The notes under the pieces: model-generated
What the model was told of the DNA's origin: nothing
What the model saw: only the letters and a program-made list of their open reading frames with translations
Database searches by the model: none
NCBI GenBank assembly: GCA_000934665.2
Contig: JYFJ02002717.1
Location: 1-52,090 of the forward strand
DNA: 52,090 nucleotides
Reading direction: 5' to 3'
DNA from: Catajapyx aquilonaris
Taxonomy: Eukaryota
Translations under genes and position numbers: made by a program
In this document: positions 33,371 to 44,900 of the stretch, piece after piece
Position numbering within the stretch: position 1 is the stretch's first letter
Layout: each line of letters starts with the position of its first letter

Positions 33371-36201
33371 ATGGAAATTCAGGGACCTTTTCCGGAGGCC
33401 ATTCCTGGCCTGCAATTATCAGCATTTGAGTACCTTCAACAGAATGTGGCAAGGGTGATAGAAAAGTGTGGAGACAAAGTATTGGTGGTGAGTGACTAGC
33501 TATTTTGTAGCTTTAATACAAGTACTATAGGTTGTAAGCACTGAAATGTTCGTAAAATATTGAGCAATTTTATTGTGGGATTTTTTACTGTGCACATGTC
33601 ATTTAATCCCCAAAATTTTACCAAGATAAAACATTTAAATGTGAATACGAGGCCTATAGATCAGGTGGTGCCTTTTGATTAATCCTGATGAGTAGATAGG
33701 CCTACCCACTCATAAAAATCCTTATCACATGTTGAGGTCACAAAGACGTCATTAGCTATACGGTACTTCTAAACTGGATATTATCATCAGATAAGATACC
33801 TATGTGAAGACGTCAGTTGTTTATACTGTATATCCACTTATTTTGGGGGCTAACGCGATTCTGAAAAATCACTTAGGTATCCGGCGCCATTAAATTGAAA
33901 ATTATTGTGCCATAACTTTGTACATTGTCTTTTCCTAATCAAAATTAGGAGAAATGACAGTTATGTGCCATATTTTGCACCTGTGTCTGAAGCTCATACT
34001 TTCACCCACAGCGAGACATTTGCACTGGAGACACACTTCGATACTCTGAAGTTGAACCTCTGACCATAAGAGTTGGAAGTGCTTTGACCAAAAGGGGTTT
34101 CAAATCACACGACACTTTCATGTACGTCACGAGCAATTGCTGCCAAACATACCCAATATTATTTGGAGTGTGGAGACTCAACGGAATCGTACGACCTTCG
34201 TACCCAGAAGACACCCAAGGTAATGTTCATGTGTTCATAATTATATGCAAAATACTTAACCACCAATAATTTCAGAGACTTTAAAGCAGCGAATGACCGA
34301 ATCTGAATGTCGTTTCGTCCTTTGCGAGGCCTCCACTGCTCCTTCTGTCCTGTCCGTCTGTGGTCAGCTGGACTGGACAGTGCATCTCTTCTGCTTCGAC
34401 GAGGTGAAGAACTGTCTGCATGTCGATGTTCTTTTTCAGGATGACGGAGCAGGTGCTGACCACATGAATCATATCATATGTAATGCATTACCAAAATGTT
34501 AAACGTCTTTACTTTTAGCTCTTCCCGAAAAGATAACGTACAATCCAGACGATATCATGGGTGTGTTGTGTACCGGCGGAACAACAGGACCGAGCAAAGG
34601 CTGTGTGTTCACACACCGACGTCTAATGGCTTGTATGGCAGTAGGAAAACACGTGTAAGTGCTCCAACTGTTTAAGGAGATGTATTGCTCACTGCATTTT
34701 TTAAAAAATTTAAATTTTGTAAAATTACCCTAACGTAGTTACCCGAATGTATCGAACGGAAAAATCTTGTCTACAATCCGGGTGTTTCACATGGGCGGTA
34801 TAAATTTCGTTCATCAATGTGTGTCGAGAGGAATTGAAATCCTGCTAATGTCAAACAGCAATCCAGAAGCATTTCTTCGAGGCATACACGAACATCGAGT
34901 GAGTATTACATAAAAATTTGCGCCACGTCGATCCCGTCTCTAATTATTGACATTGTTGGCCCACCAATGTAGCCTAGTAGTGTGTCCGGTTTTCCCACAG
35001 CCATACTTTGGGCTTCATCCCATCCTTCTGCTCAAAATTATGACTTATCATCGATCAAATCTGTCGCAATGCTAGGTGCAACTGTCACAGAAGCAATGAT
35101 GGACGCAGCTCGAAGAGGTTTTCCACAATTGGAGATAATACATAGGGTAAGAAATTATTTTAAATAATATTAAGACCTTACACAAAATAATTCATTATTC
35201 GACAGATGTACGGTATGACTGAAGGACATGTTGTGTGCACGACTCTGAATGTTGCTGTCAAAATAAATGACAACGATGAGACTGCTGAATATGAAGGTTT
35301 GCCTATGCAAATCACATGCTAATTTATTCAGTAGAATTAAGTTAATGAGGTCAATAATTTTTCAGGTACACCTGCCAAAAGCTGTGGAAAGTTGGTACCC
35401 GGTGTCAGATTGAAGGTATTTATATTAAATTGGGCAAGGAATGTTGTGTCACAAAATTGAATTTCACAATTACACCCTTCAGATTGTTGATGTTGAAAGT
35501 CGGGAATATCTAGGACCAAACATACCTGGTGAAATAATAATTAAAGGTCCTGCAGTCATGAAGAGTTACTACAAAAACACAGAGGTTCTCTACTAATTTA
35601 CATTTTGCTAATTGCAAGTAGTCTAATTACTTTTGATGTTTAGGCTACAGAAAAGGCGTTTCGAGACGACTGGTACCTTACAGGTGATTATGGCTATTAC
35701 GACACAAATGGCTTCATTTACATATTGGATCGAATAAAGGAGACGTTCAAGTACTGGAATTACCATGTACGTATCATGACCTCACTCGTATGCAGGAGTA
35801 CGAATTGACTACAGATGTGCGATGATTGTTTTCATGTCTTCAGATATCTCCAGTGGAATTGGAGGACGTGATAATGAAGCACCCGGAAGTGATCGAGGCT
35901 TGCGTGATCGGGATACCAGACCCTGAAGGTGGTGACAGCATACCAAGAGCATATGTCACTAAAGTGAAAGTGTCACAGCTAGATGAAGAAGCTCTGAAAA
36001 ACTACGTCCATGGTATAATATACGATGGCATTAATTTGCGAATACCATTGGGATATGACAAAAATAATAATTTCAGGCCACGTCCCATCTTACAAGCAAC
36101 TAAGAGGAGGACTGGTCTTTCTGGACAACATCCCCAAGACACAGGCTGGAAAAATGTCTCGCCCCATGATCCGGAAGATGTTCCAGGATGGTCTGTTGTA
36201 G
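33371..36201 (+). CDS. Luc-like 4: firefly-luciferase/4CL family enzyme, 12 exons
   Basis: Tandem copy of luc-like 3 including introns. MEIQGPF..., MYGMTE and PKTQAGK. Ends QDGLL-TAG. Confidence 0.92.
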
Positions 36202-36303
36202 CTGCCCACATAACAGACAATCAGGACAATAAAGTCTATGTCAATATAAGAGAATTATTCATTATTAAATATAATCCCGATAAGGTTTCATTACGGTCAC
36301 TTC

Positions 36304-39300
36304 TCAAGAGTAGAAGGTAAGCACTGATGTCTGGTTTCCTCTGACCAAGAGGAATGGAGGCATGTCCCTGGTGAGGACGTCTAACCAGGCCATGTACAAA
36401 GGAGCGGACACCACACCTTTCCTGGGCATCGGAAGGGTCATCACGATCAGGTTGGCGTCGGACGAGTACTCCATAAGCATCTCTCGGAGACGAAGATGAC
36501 GATTCGTCTTCTCTTTGAGAGCAGTCAACTCCGCATCTGTTATCACGTTATCTGGAAAGGAAAGGTTTGATCCAGTTTCCCTATAGTGTCATGGCGTCTA
36601 TTTACCATCCCTGAAGTCCTTGATGAGCTGACTGAAAAACCTTTTCGTCTCTTCCCCTGCCTTCCTGGTGACATCCGGAAGAAGCATGAGGTCAGAGTAT
36701 TCGATCCTGAACTTTGAGAGAAGACTGGCCATGTTTCTCTGCTCCACCTCCAGCTCGTCCTTCTTGTTGGCCAGAGCAAACACCCTCAGTTTGCATGAGG
36801 ACCAGTTCTTCCGACTGCTGATGATGTAAGGCAGAAGAAGTGTGAGGCCTCCGTCGTCGTACAGCCACCAAACGTCGATGGTGCCCTTACGCTGCTTCCT
36901 CTGGAACTGGGTTATCTCCAGTATCTTCTCCTTTGGAAGTTCGTTGCCATCTGAGGACCTAATGAAGAGATTGTCAAATAATTTCAGAGTAAATATTACA
37001 CCGGTACGTACAAGTACACGAATCCTTTCGGCCTTTTCTGGCTCTTCGTAGGCTTCAAGGGTCCAACCCTTGCACTGACAGGTGTGCCCGGAATTGATTC
37101 GCTTCCTGTAATTTATTTGTTATTAAGCAATTAGTGTGTATGTATGTTAATCAGATGTCTCACCACGACTCATCAATGAGCTATTGGAGTCTGTCCTGGA
37201 CAGCTCAACAATTTTGCTTACTGACGGTATGGTCTGCACTTGCTCATTTGTTGGTGTCGGATTGTTGTTTGGCAGCTCTTCGCCTTCCAATATTTGCTCC
37301 GTGTAATTCAATCCGCCTTTGACCCGGAGGATGGTCACAGCCATGTAATTGTCGAAAGCAATGCTGTAAAGACAAACATGAAGCCATGCTGACGAATATT
37401 GCAACAGAGGACACTTACTGCATCATATTGACGTATTGAGAGAGCTTGTCCTTAGGACATGTGTTCCACGTCTCCTTGAAGCCCATCATGATGATGTTTG
37501 GACTCATCTTACCCACACCCGTAGACTGAATGAGTGCTCCTGTCCCATCGTCCAAGTTGAGGTTGTCCACAAACACAAAGAAGCTTTTGATATGATGGAG
37601 TTTAAACCAGCTGTACACACGTTGGACAACCGCGTTTCGGACACGAGGGCTCTCCATTTCCTACACAGACACAAGTTGATTAAAGATGAACAATATTAAT
37701 TACATCACATTACCTCAGAAACATGTCCGCAGATTAACAAGGACAGGTTCTTCGTCAAGAGATAAGCAAAGTCGACCAATGATGGTCTGTTCTGCGGCTT
37801 TCCAGACAAAAGCAGGATCTGAGGACGGTAGTTCTTCACATGGTCATCTGTGCTGTTTAATTGTTGCAATGCCACAATGGCGCTCTTGTAGTTCTGTGCC
37901 TGCGCAGACGACCCCCAGTTAACATCAGGTTTGCGGTACACCACGTAGACAAACAAGGCGATGATGATGGCCCAGGTGATCAGAGCTGTCACCCAACTCA
38001 TCAGGAACATGAGGACCGTACACATGACAAAGGTGGCAAGACTCAGCCATGTGTTGTAGTACTGAAAAGTACCGGTTAGTCGAGCCAATTTTATGAGTTA
38101 TTTTTATTACCTTGAAAGTGGGTCGCCATCCGATTGGTTTGGTAAACGCAGCATGGAACGTACAGAAGTTCAGCAGTCCATACGATGCAATGAAGAAGTT
38201 GGATATCAATGGTGCAATAGCGTTCAGGTCACCTGCAATATTTTGCATATTATACTTGTCTAATGGGACATGTCGCCAGTACCTCACCTATGAGTATAAA
38301 CACGATGGCAATGACGAAACACAGCGCATATGAAAAGTACGGATTTCCGTTCCGGTACGTCTTTCCGAATATGGATATGTACGGATAGATACGGTCGTCA
38401 CACACAGCCTTGAATGTTTTGGCTCCGGACACAAGACTGGACATGGATGAGGACAGAGTGACCGCAAAGCATCCTCCGTAGATGATGTAGTTCTGGAGAG
38501 ACATTAGTCCAATCATTTGGTAGTTGTTGTACATTCCTTCAGGACAAGGCTGGTCTGTGCAGTTGGCAAAGTCCCAATCGTCGTTGACCTGTGTGCTGTT
38601 CCCTGAGGCCAAACGAAGTGCGCCTGCACCAGCCAAAGTGGCAACAAAGGCATATGACACCGTGGTGACAACAATGGACAATAGTGTGCCTTTAGGAATA
38701 GCAGAAGACGGATCCTGCGGGGGGAAATCTGCATTAAAATCATGCCGCATTCAATAGTCTACAACTCACCTTCAAATCTCCAGAAATACTAGCACCTGCC
38801 AGAATACCAGTCACGGAAGGAAAGAAGATGGAAAACACAGTGAAGAATGACTGCATCTGACCTTCCCTGTCTTTCCTGTAATCTGGCCACATGTTGTCCA
38901 TAAACACAGTACCATTCATCCCAACGAATCCTCTAGAAATTTTGTCCGCGTTTCCCATCGGTCCCACAAAAGCACCGATGATAAAATCGAACATGGCTAC
39001 CAGAAGGATTATCAGCATGACAACTTGCAACTGAAAAGACAACCTGTACTGTCCCGTTCACACAAACGTAATCTGGCAACATTACCTGTGCTTCCCAGGC
39101 CATTCCGATGCAGATGACCATTAGCAACACGGTGAATGCTATTGTACCGGTTATCCTAATGTCGTTAGTGGCATTGTCCACTATCTTGACCCCCATTCCT
39201 TTCAGTAAGTCGTTCAGAGATTCGGAGAAACCGACTGTGTTGAGAGCAGCGTTTGCAGTGCTTGCAAATGAAAACATGATACCTACTGCTCCTCCAAACT

Positions 39301-40298
39301 CGGGTCCCAAAGAGCGTGATATCATATAGTAAATACCGCCTGTAACAAGAGGTCAAAGGTGGAACTATGGTCAGTAACATCGATTAGTAAATCTCACCTC
39401 CTTTGATCTCTCCATTGGTGCTGATGGCAGACATGGACAGAGTGGTCAGCCATGTCACTAATGATGACAACAGAATGATGGCCAATGCTTCAGCTGAAAT
39501 TATGATCGTAAGACAAGGACAGACAATTGTTGAAGAGTGTTTACCAATTCCAGCCTGAGCCACCATCCACGACAGCCGAAGGAAGAGCATGACACCCCAG
39601 ATGCAGAGAAGACATCGGACAAACACACCTTTAATCCAGCCGAATTGGGCCCCAACATCATTTTGACCGTCGATGCCATCTGAATCTTGCTAAAACGAAA
39701 CACTATAGTCATTTATTGGCACAATTTGCCTTCATTTTTGGTGGCAATAAGTGAAAGATTTACGATCTTATCTCATTGCAGAGAGTCCCTGATTATTTCC
39801 CCCAGAGGATTATCTCTAAGTGCAATATTTCGTTTAAAAAAATAATTCATTTCAAGCACAGTAGTTATCAATGGTCGACGATGTGCTTCAAAATATTTCG
39901 ACAATCACTCTTAGTCATGATGATATTAATTTATAATCATCATTCCGACATTTAAGTTTTTATCTAACAACAATTTTGTACCAAACAATTCAGAGGACTA
40001 CCTTTTGTTGAACAGCTTCTTCACGTAACTCGTCCAATGTTGGTCTCTGTACGGCAGCGATGGACGTCGGATGTCTGTAGTTGTTCATTCGGGGCAATGC
40101 CTCCCTGGTCCTTTGCTCGAACCCTTGCTTCGTGTCGTACCCAAACGACCCATCGTTGCTGAGAGTCGAAGCTTTCCTATTAGGACCTCCATTGAATGTG
40201 GTAAGAAGACCATTCTCGGGTATGGTCTCACCCAAGGAGTTGACCCTGCTGACCCTGAACCTGTGACCATTCGACTGCACACTGTCCCCGTTCATCAT
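36304..40298 (-). CDS. Na-K-Cl cotransporter (NKCC, SLC12 family), complete multi-exon gene
   Basis: N-terminal RFRV (RFxV SPAK/OSR1 docking motif) and TREALPR..NYR..RPTLDEL. TM motifs [36 protein letters not shown] and [15 protein letters not shown] motifs [17 protein letters not shown] and [13 protein letters not shown]. Confidence 0.93.
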
Positions 40299-41627
40299 GG
40301 TGTCCCAAGCAAGTGATGTTTGCAAGGATCATGTCATGGTCAGTCCCTTTTTGTAGTACCCTTCACCCCCAACCTCTCCCCTTTGTCGTCATCAAACCCC
40401 CCCTCCCACCAACTGTGCTAGCGATAGATTATGACTATGTTCACCATGTTGGAGCAAATGTGGTGAAACAACCTGATAGTAATATTGGTGTGCAATTATT
40501 ATTAAAACCACAAACATGTTGCTCAAACTTACTTAGAGGGAAGACAAATAATTTACTTTGTATCAACTCGTCAGTTAAAATTAATTGACGATTAGGTATT
40601 GTAAATAGCTTCATCGAAGAATTTGTGTTGTTGGATTCTCTCAGTGTTCATGTAGGTTTTCTCGAAATTCTTCCTTTTTGTGATCCTACAGCCTGGGAGT
40701 ATTTTTTGGTGGGTTACATGTTCGTCAGTAATCCTCGAACAATTAGTTGATCCTGCTCTCATTAATTATTTGAATATTGTCTTAATCAACAATTAAGAAA
40801 ATACTTAAATATACAGGGGTGAGGAAGTTTCATACTTAGTTGAGGAACATTGATTTTACTCAGTGACTGACATATTGAGACGATTAATTTTTGAGAGATA
40901 AGATAACTAGGTACTTGCATTCCGGTATCCAGATGATAATGATGTCGAAAAACATAACATTCATGAAATTTTCGCAAATTGACCCTGTGATAAAGCAAGA
41001 GTGACTTTTATGCAGGTGCTCAGACTATGCAGAGGAGTCTAACTTCTAGGAGTGCAAAACTCTATTGATTTCTTTCAATTGAAAGTGGCATCACCATTGT
41101 TGCCTTTTATCAGAGAAATCAGTCCGAAACTTGTAGTGTACCACATTGTTAATAACCAATATATGGATTTTCCCACACGTGTGCCAACTGTCTTATGAAA
41201 CACTCGCATATTCTGTTCACTTGACATTCGATATAAACCCGGATAAATCCAGTGCAGAAGTTTAAAAATCTCCGCCACAATGATAACATGCGTAATCGGT
41301 TGCAGGTCTGACGATTGATTAGATTCAGTTAATGGTTTTCCTTTGTGTTGACATATGCCGCCTTATTCCGCAATACCATGTATAATTTTTACCTCTTGTA
41401 ACAACTACCATTGTATCTGATAACGCAATACTTGTCCTTCAAATGGCAGACAAACACACTAATGATGTTTATACAGCTAAAGTGTGGCAGCGGTCTGGTT
41501 TATTCGACCAATTTAAATTGTGACAAACGAAGTACAAAGACAACAAAACTGATGTAATAGCTGATGGTTATTATCACGGAATGAAACTGCAATTGTTTAT
41601 AAATAAGTAACATGTAATGAATTTATT

Positions 41628-44150
41628 TTATTGACTGCCATCGCAATTAGCCGGGGAGTATTTGGCCTCTCTTGACGACCCCCAGTTAACATCAGGTTTG
41701 CGGTACACCACGTAGACAAACAAGGCGATGATGATTGCCCAGGTGATCAGAGCTGTCATCCAACTCATCAGGAACATGACCACAACGCATAGAAGGAACG
41801 TGGCCAGACTCAACCAAGAGTTGTAATACTGAAAATGGTCGCAACAATGCAGCTTCAATTAATTATTAGGAACAATCATTTTTACCTTGAACGTGGGTCG
41901 CCATTTGATGGATTTGGTGAATTCAGCATGAAACGTGCAAAAATTCAACAGAGCATAACATGCGATGAAGAAGTTGGATATCAACGGTGCAATAGCGTTC
42001 AGGTCACCTGTGAGTATGAACACTGCTGCAATAATGAACCCAAGGGCGTATGAAAAGTACGGATCGTCGTTTCGGTATGCCCTTGCAAATATGGAAATGT
42101 ACGGATAGATATGGTCCTGAGACAATGCCTGAAACGCTTTTCCTCCGGCCACTAAACTGGACATTGCTGAGGACAACGTGGCCGCAAAGCATCCTCCGTA
42201 GATAATGTAGCTGTACAGAGACATGAGGGCCATCACTTGATAGTTGTTGTACATTCCTTCAGGACAAGGTTGGTCTGTGCAGTTGGCAAAGTCCCAATTG
42301 TTGACATGTGTACTGTTGCCTGATGCCAAACGAAGTGACCCTGCACCGGCCATGAAGGCGAACAGTACATAGGACATTGTGGTAATACACACGGACCAGA
42401 GAGTGCCCTTAGGTATAGCCATAGCCGGATCCTGAAAAAACAATCATTAATTAAAATAATTAAACAATTTCCAGCCATTCCAACCTTCAAATCGCCTGAA
42501 ATGCTAGCTCCAGCCAGGATTCCAGTGACTGACGGAAAGAACACAGCAAAAACTGTGAAAAATGACTCGTCCTCTTGGTATCCAGGCCACATGTTGTTCA
42601 TGAACACCGTACCTGCAGAGTCAGTACCAGATGTTAGAAACAGTGTAATTTTAGGTACAAACACACGGGAACTAACCGGAACATTCCGGGCTATTTTGTC
42701 AAATATTTATGGAAGTATTTCCCACAAATTGTTCCAGGCTGTTCCCGTTTGTTCGCACCGGTGTCACAAACCATTCATTCCGACGAATCCTCGAGATATT
42801 TTGTCCGCATTTCCCATTGGTCCCATCAGTGCTCCGATGAAGAAGTCGAACATGGCCACCAGAAATATGACAAGGAGAGCGATTTGAATCTGCAAGTGAA
42901 ACACTTGTATATGATCTTAAGTGTGTGACTTAATATATGTTACCTTGGCTTCCCAGGCCATTCCGATGCAGATGACCGTTTGCATTGCTACCAGAGCTAT
43001 TGTCCCTGTTATCCTGATGTCATTAGTGTCATTGTCCACTATCTTGACCCCTGTTTCCTTCAGAAGGTCGTTCAGAGTTTCGGAGAAACCGACAGTGTCC
43101 AGAGCAGCGTTGGCTGCACTCGCGAAGGAAAACACGACTCCAATGGCCCCTCCAAATTCTGGTCCCAAAGTGCGGGATATCATGTAGTAAATGCCGCCTA
43201 TAATAATGTGGGGCAACAATTATTAGATGAGGGAACGATTATTGCAGGTTTGATATTCACCTCCTCTGATGACTCCGTTAGTGCTGATAGCGCACATGGA
43301 CAGAGTGGTCAGGGCCGTGACTAATGTGGACAGAAATATGATGGCCATCGATTCGGCTGGAATATTTTAAAGGTGGCATTGTTGGTCACAGGTAAGGTTA
43401 TAAGCTAAGTTACCAATTCCAGATTGGGCCACAACCCATGAGAGCCGAAGAAAGAGCATGACGCCCCAAATGTTGAGGAGACCTCGAACCAGGACACCTT
43501 CGATCCATCCGAATTTGCGAATTTCATTGTCTTCGAGAACTTGCTGGAACTGCATAATGTTGTAAATTATTCCTTCAGCATAGATACAGCATAAAAATTA
43601 CTCTCTATCTGCTCTGTAGACATAAGGTTTCTTACACGTTACATTTTTGAATAATCTACACACACTCTCTGATACTATAGTATGAGTCATAAGTAGGTAT
43701 GTTTTTCATGTCAGAATGTAATCGTCTTATCCGAACGATAGCGTTATTGATCTGTGTTCAAGGAAGTAGCCCTTCCTTGGGTTTTTACTCCATCTTATCC
43801 CCTGCAATATTATATTGTAACTCTTTTTCATTCTTGCAAGCCTTATGTACTGCTTTAAGTTCATTGACGAACCAAACATTTTCTTTCGTTACAAGTGTGA
43901 AATCGTACTGGATCTTATCGCATTATTCTATTAGTTCATGATAAAATCCACAAGGTTGTCGGCTCGTAGCAATTTTGCAAAACATATTATACAGTAAGAA
44001 GATGAATATTACGTCTTCCTTCCTGTAAGACCCGTTGACTGCAGTCATATTTGCACCGTTTGTCAGGGAATTGACACTATCGACAGAGTGTCCAGTGTCC
44101 TCTGGTTTGGACACACCATCACCACAGGGCAAGGGGCCAGTGTTCAGCAT
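41628..44150 (-). CDS. Second NKCC/SLC12 paralog, transmembrane core only (truncated gene or pseudogene); 5' end uncertain
   Basis: Exons from FGWIEGV (about 43520) to [11 protein letters not shown] join in frame. Homology is then lost and TAA follows at 41628-41630. The start at 44150 is tentative. Confidence 0.75.
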
Positions 44151-44780
44151 TGACAGACATGCGCGGTGCAACTGAGCCGGTCTAAACACTTGCTTATCAA
44201 TCAGATACCCCACACCCATTGATACGGATAGTGTACACACATCATGGAGCTACATGGTGTAGACATTTTGAAATATATCACAACGTCATTCTTATAACAA
44301 GCATTTTAAAAAAGTAATTTATTTACTGAATTTGGAAAATATATAAGGGAAAGGGAAGTGTGAATGTGAATTTCACATTCCTTTTTAATAATTTGCTTCT
44401 GTAGTATATGCCACAAACCTTTTTTTCCTGGCTGTCAACAACTTTGAGAGGAGGTCGTTTCTAGGAATAACACGTTGTCTAATGTGAGCCATAGTGGATT
44501 TTGCGGGAAATCCAAGTGTTTCCAATATTGTTGGCCAAATATGCATAACAATGGTAATCCCAGGATTTGAGTCAATCCTGTGATAAGTATAGCCCCCAGA
44601 GGGAGAAAGTGGGTTGAATAAATTTAATAATGCATCTATACTCTACATTGTCTACAGAGTAAGTTGTTAGTAGGACTACTTATTGCTATTATTAACTGAG
44701 TTGTATTGTTATGAACAATGAATAAAGGATAAACCATTTGTTAGATTTTAATACTGATTATTCATATTCAACCCCAATAC

Positions 44781-44900
44781 CAGTGGCGTACCCAGCACAA
44801 GTTGTCGGGGGGGGGGGNGGGGTCTTGGCTTGAGGGATATTACAGTACTGTATCTCATATGGGTTTTTTAAATAAGTACAAATACAGGGGCGTATGCAGA
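44781..44900 (+). mobile_element. Non-autonomous DNA transposon end fragments (hAT-like CAGTGGCGTA / CAGGGGCGTA termini)
   Basis: cagtggcgtacccag at 44781 and caggggcgta at 44885, with a related taggggcgtacccag at 30116. No partner ends were found. Confidence 0.35.

Noticed and set aside
198..36201. Bioluminescence gene cluster
   Set aside because: Luciferase-family homology is common in non-luminous arthropods, and the pocket motifs differ from beetle luciferases. Nothing in the sequence shows light production.
44807..44822. G-run containing an N as a G-quadruplex or special motif
   Set aside because: An ambiguous base within a homopolymer indicates local sequence uncertainty inside a transposon fragment.
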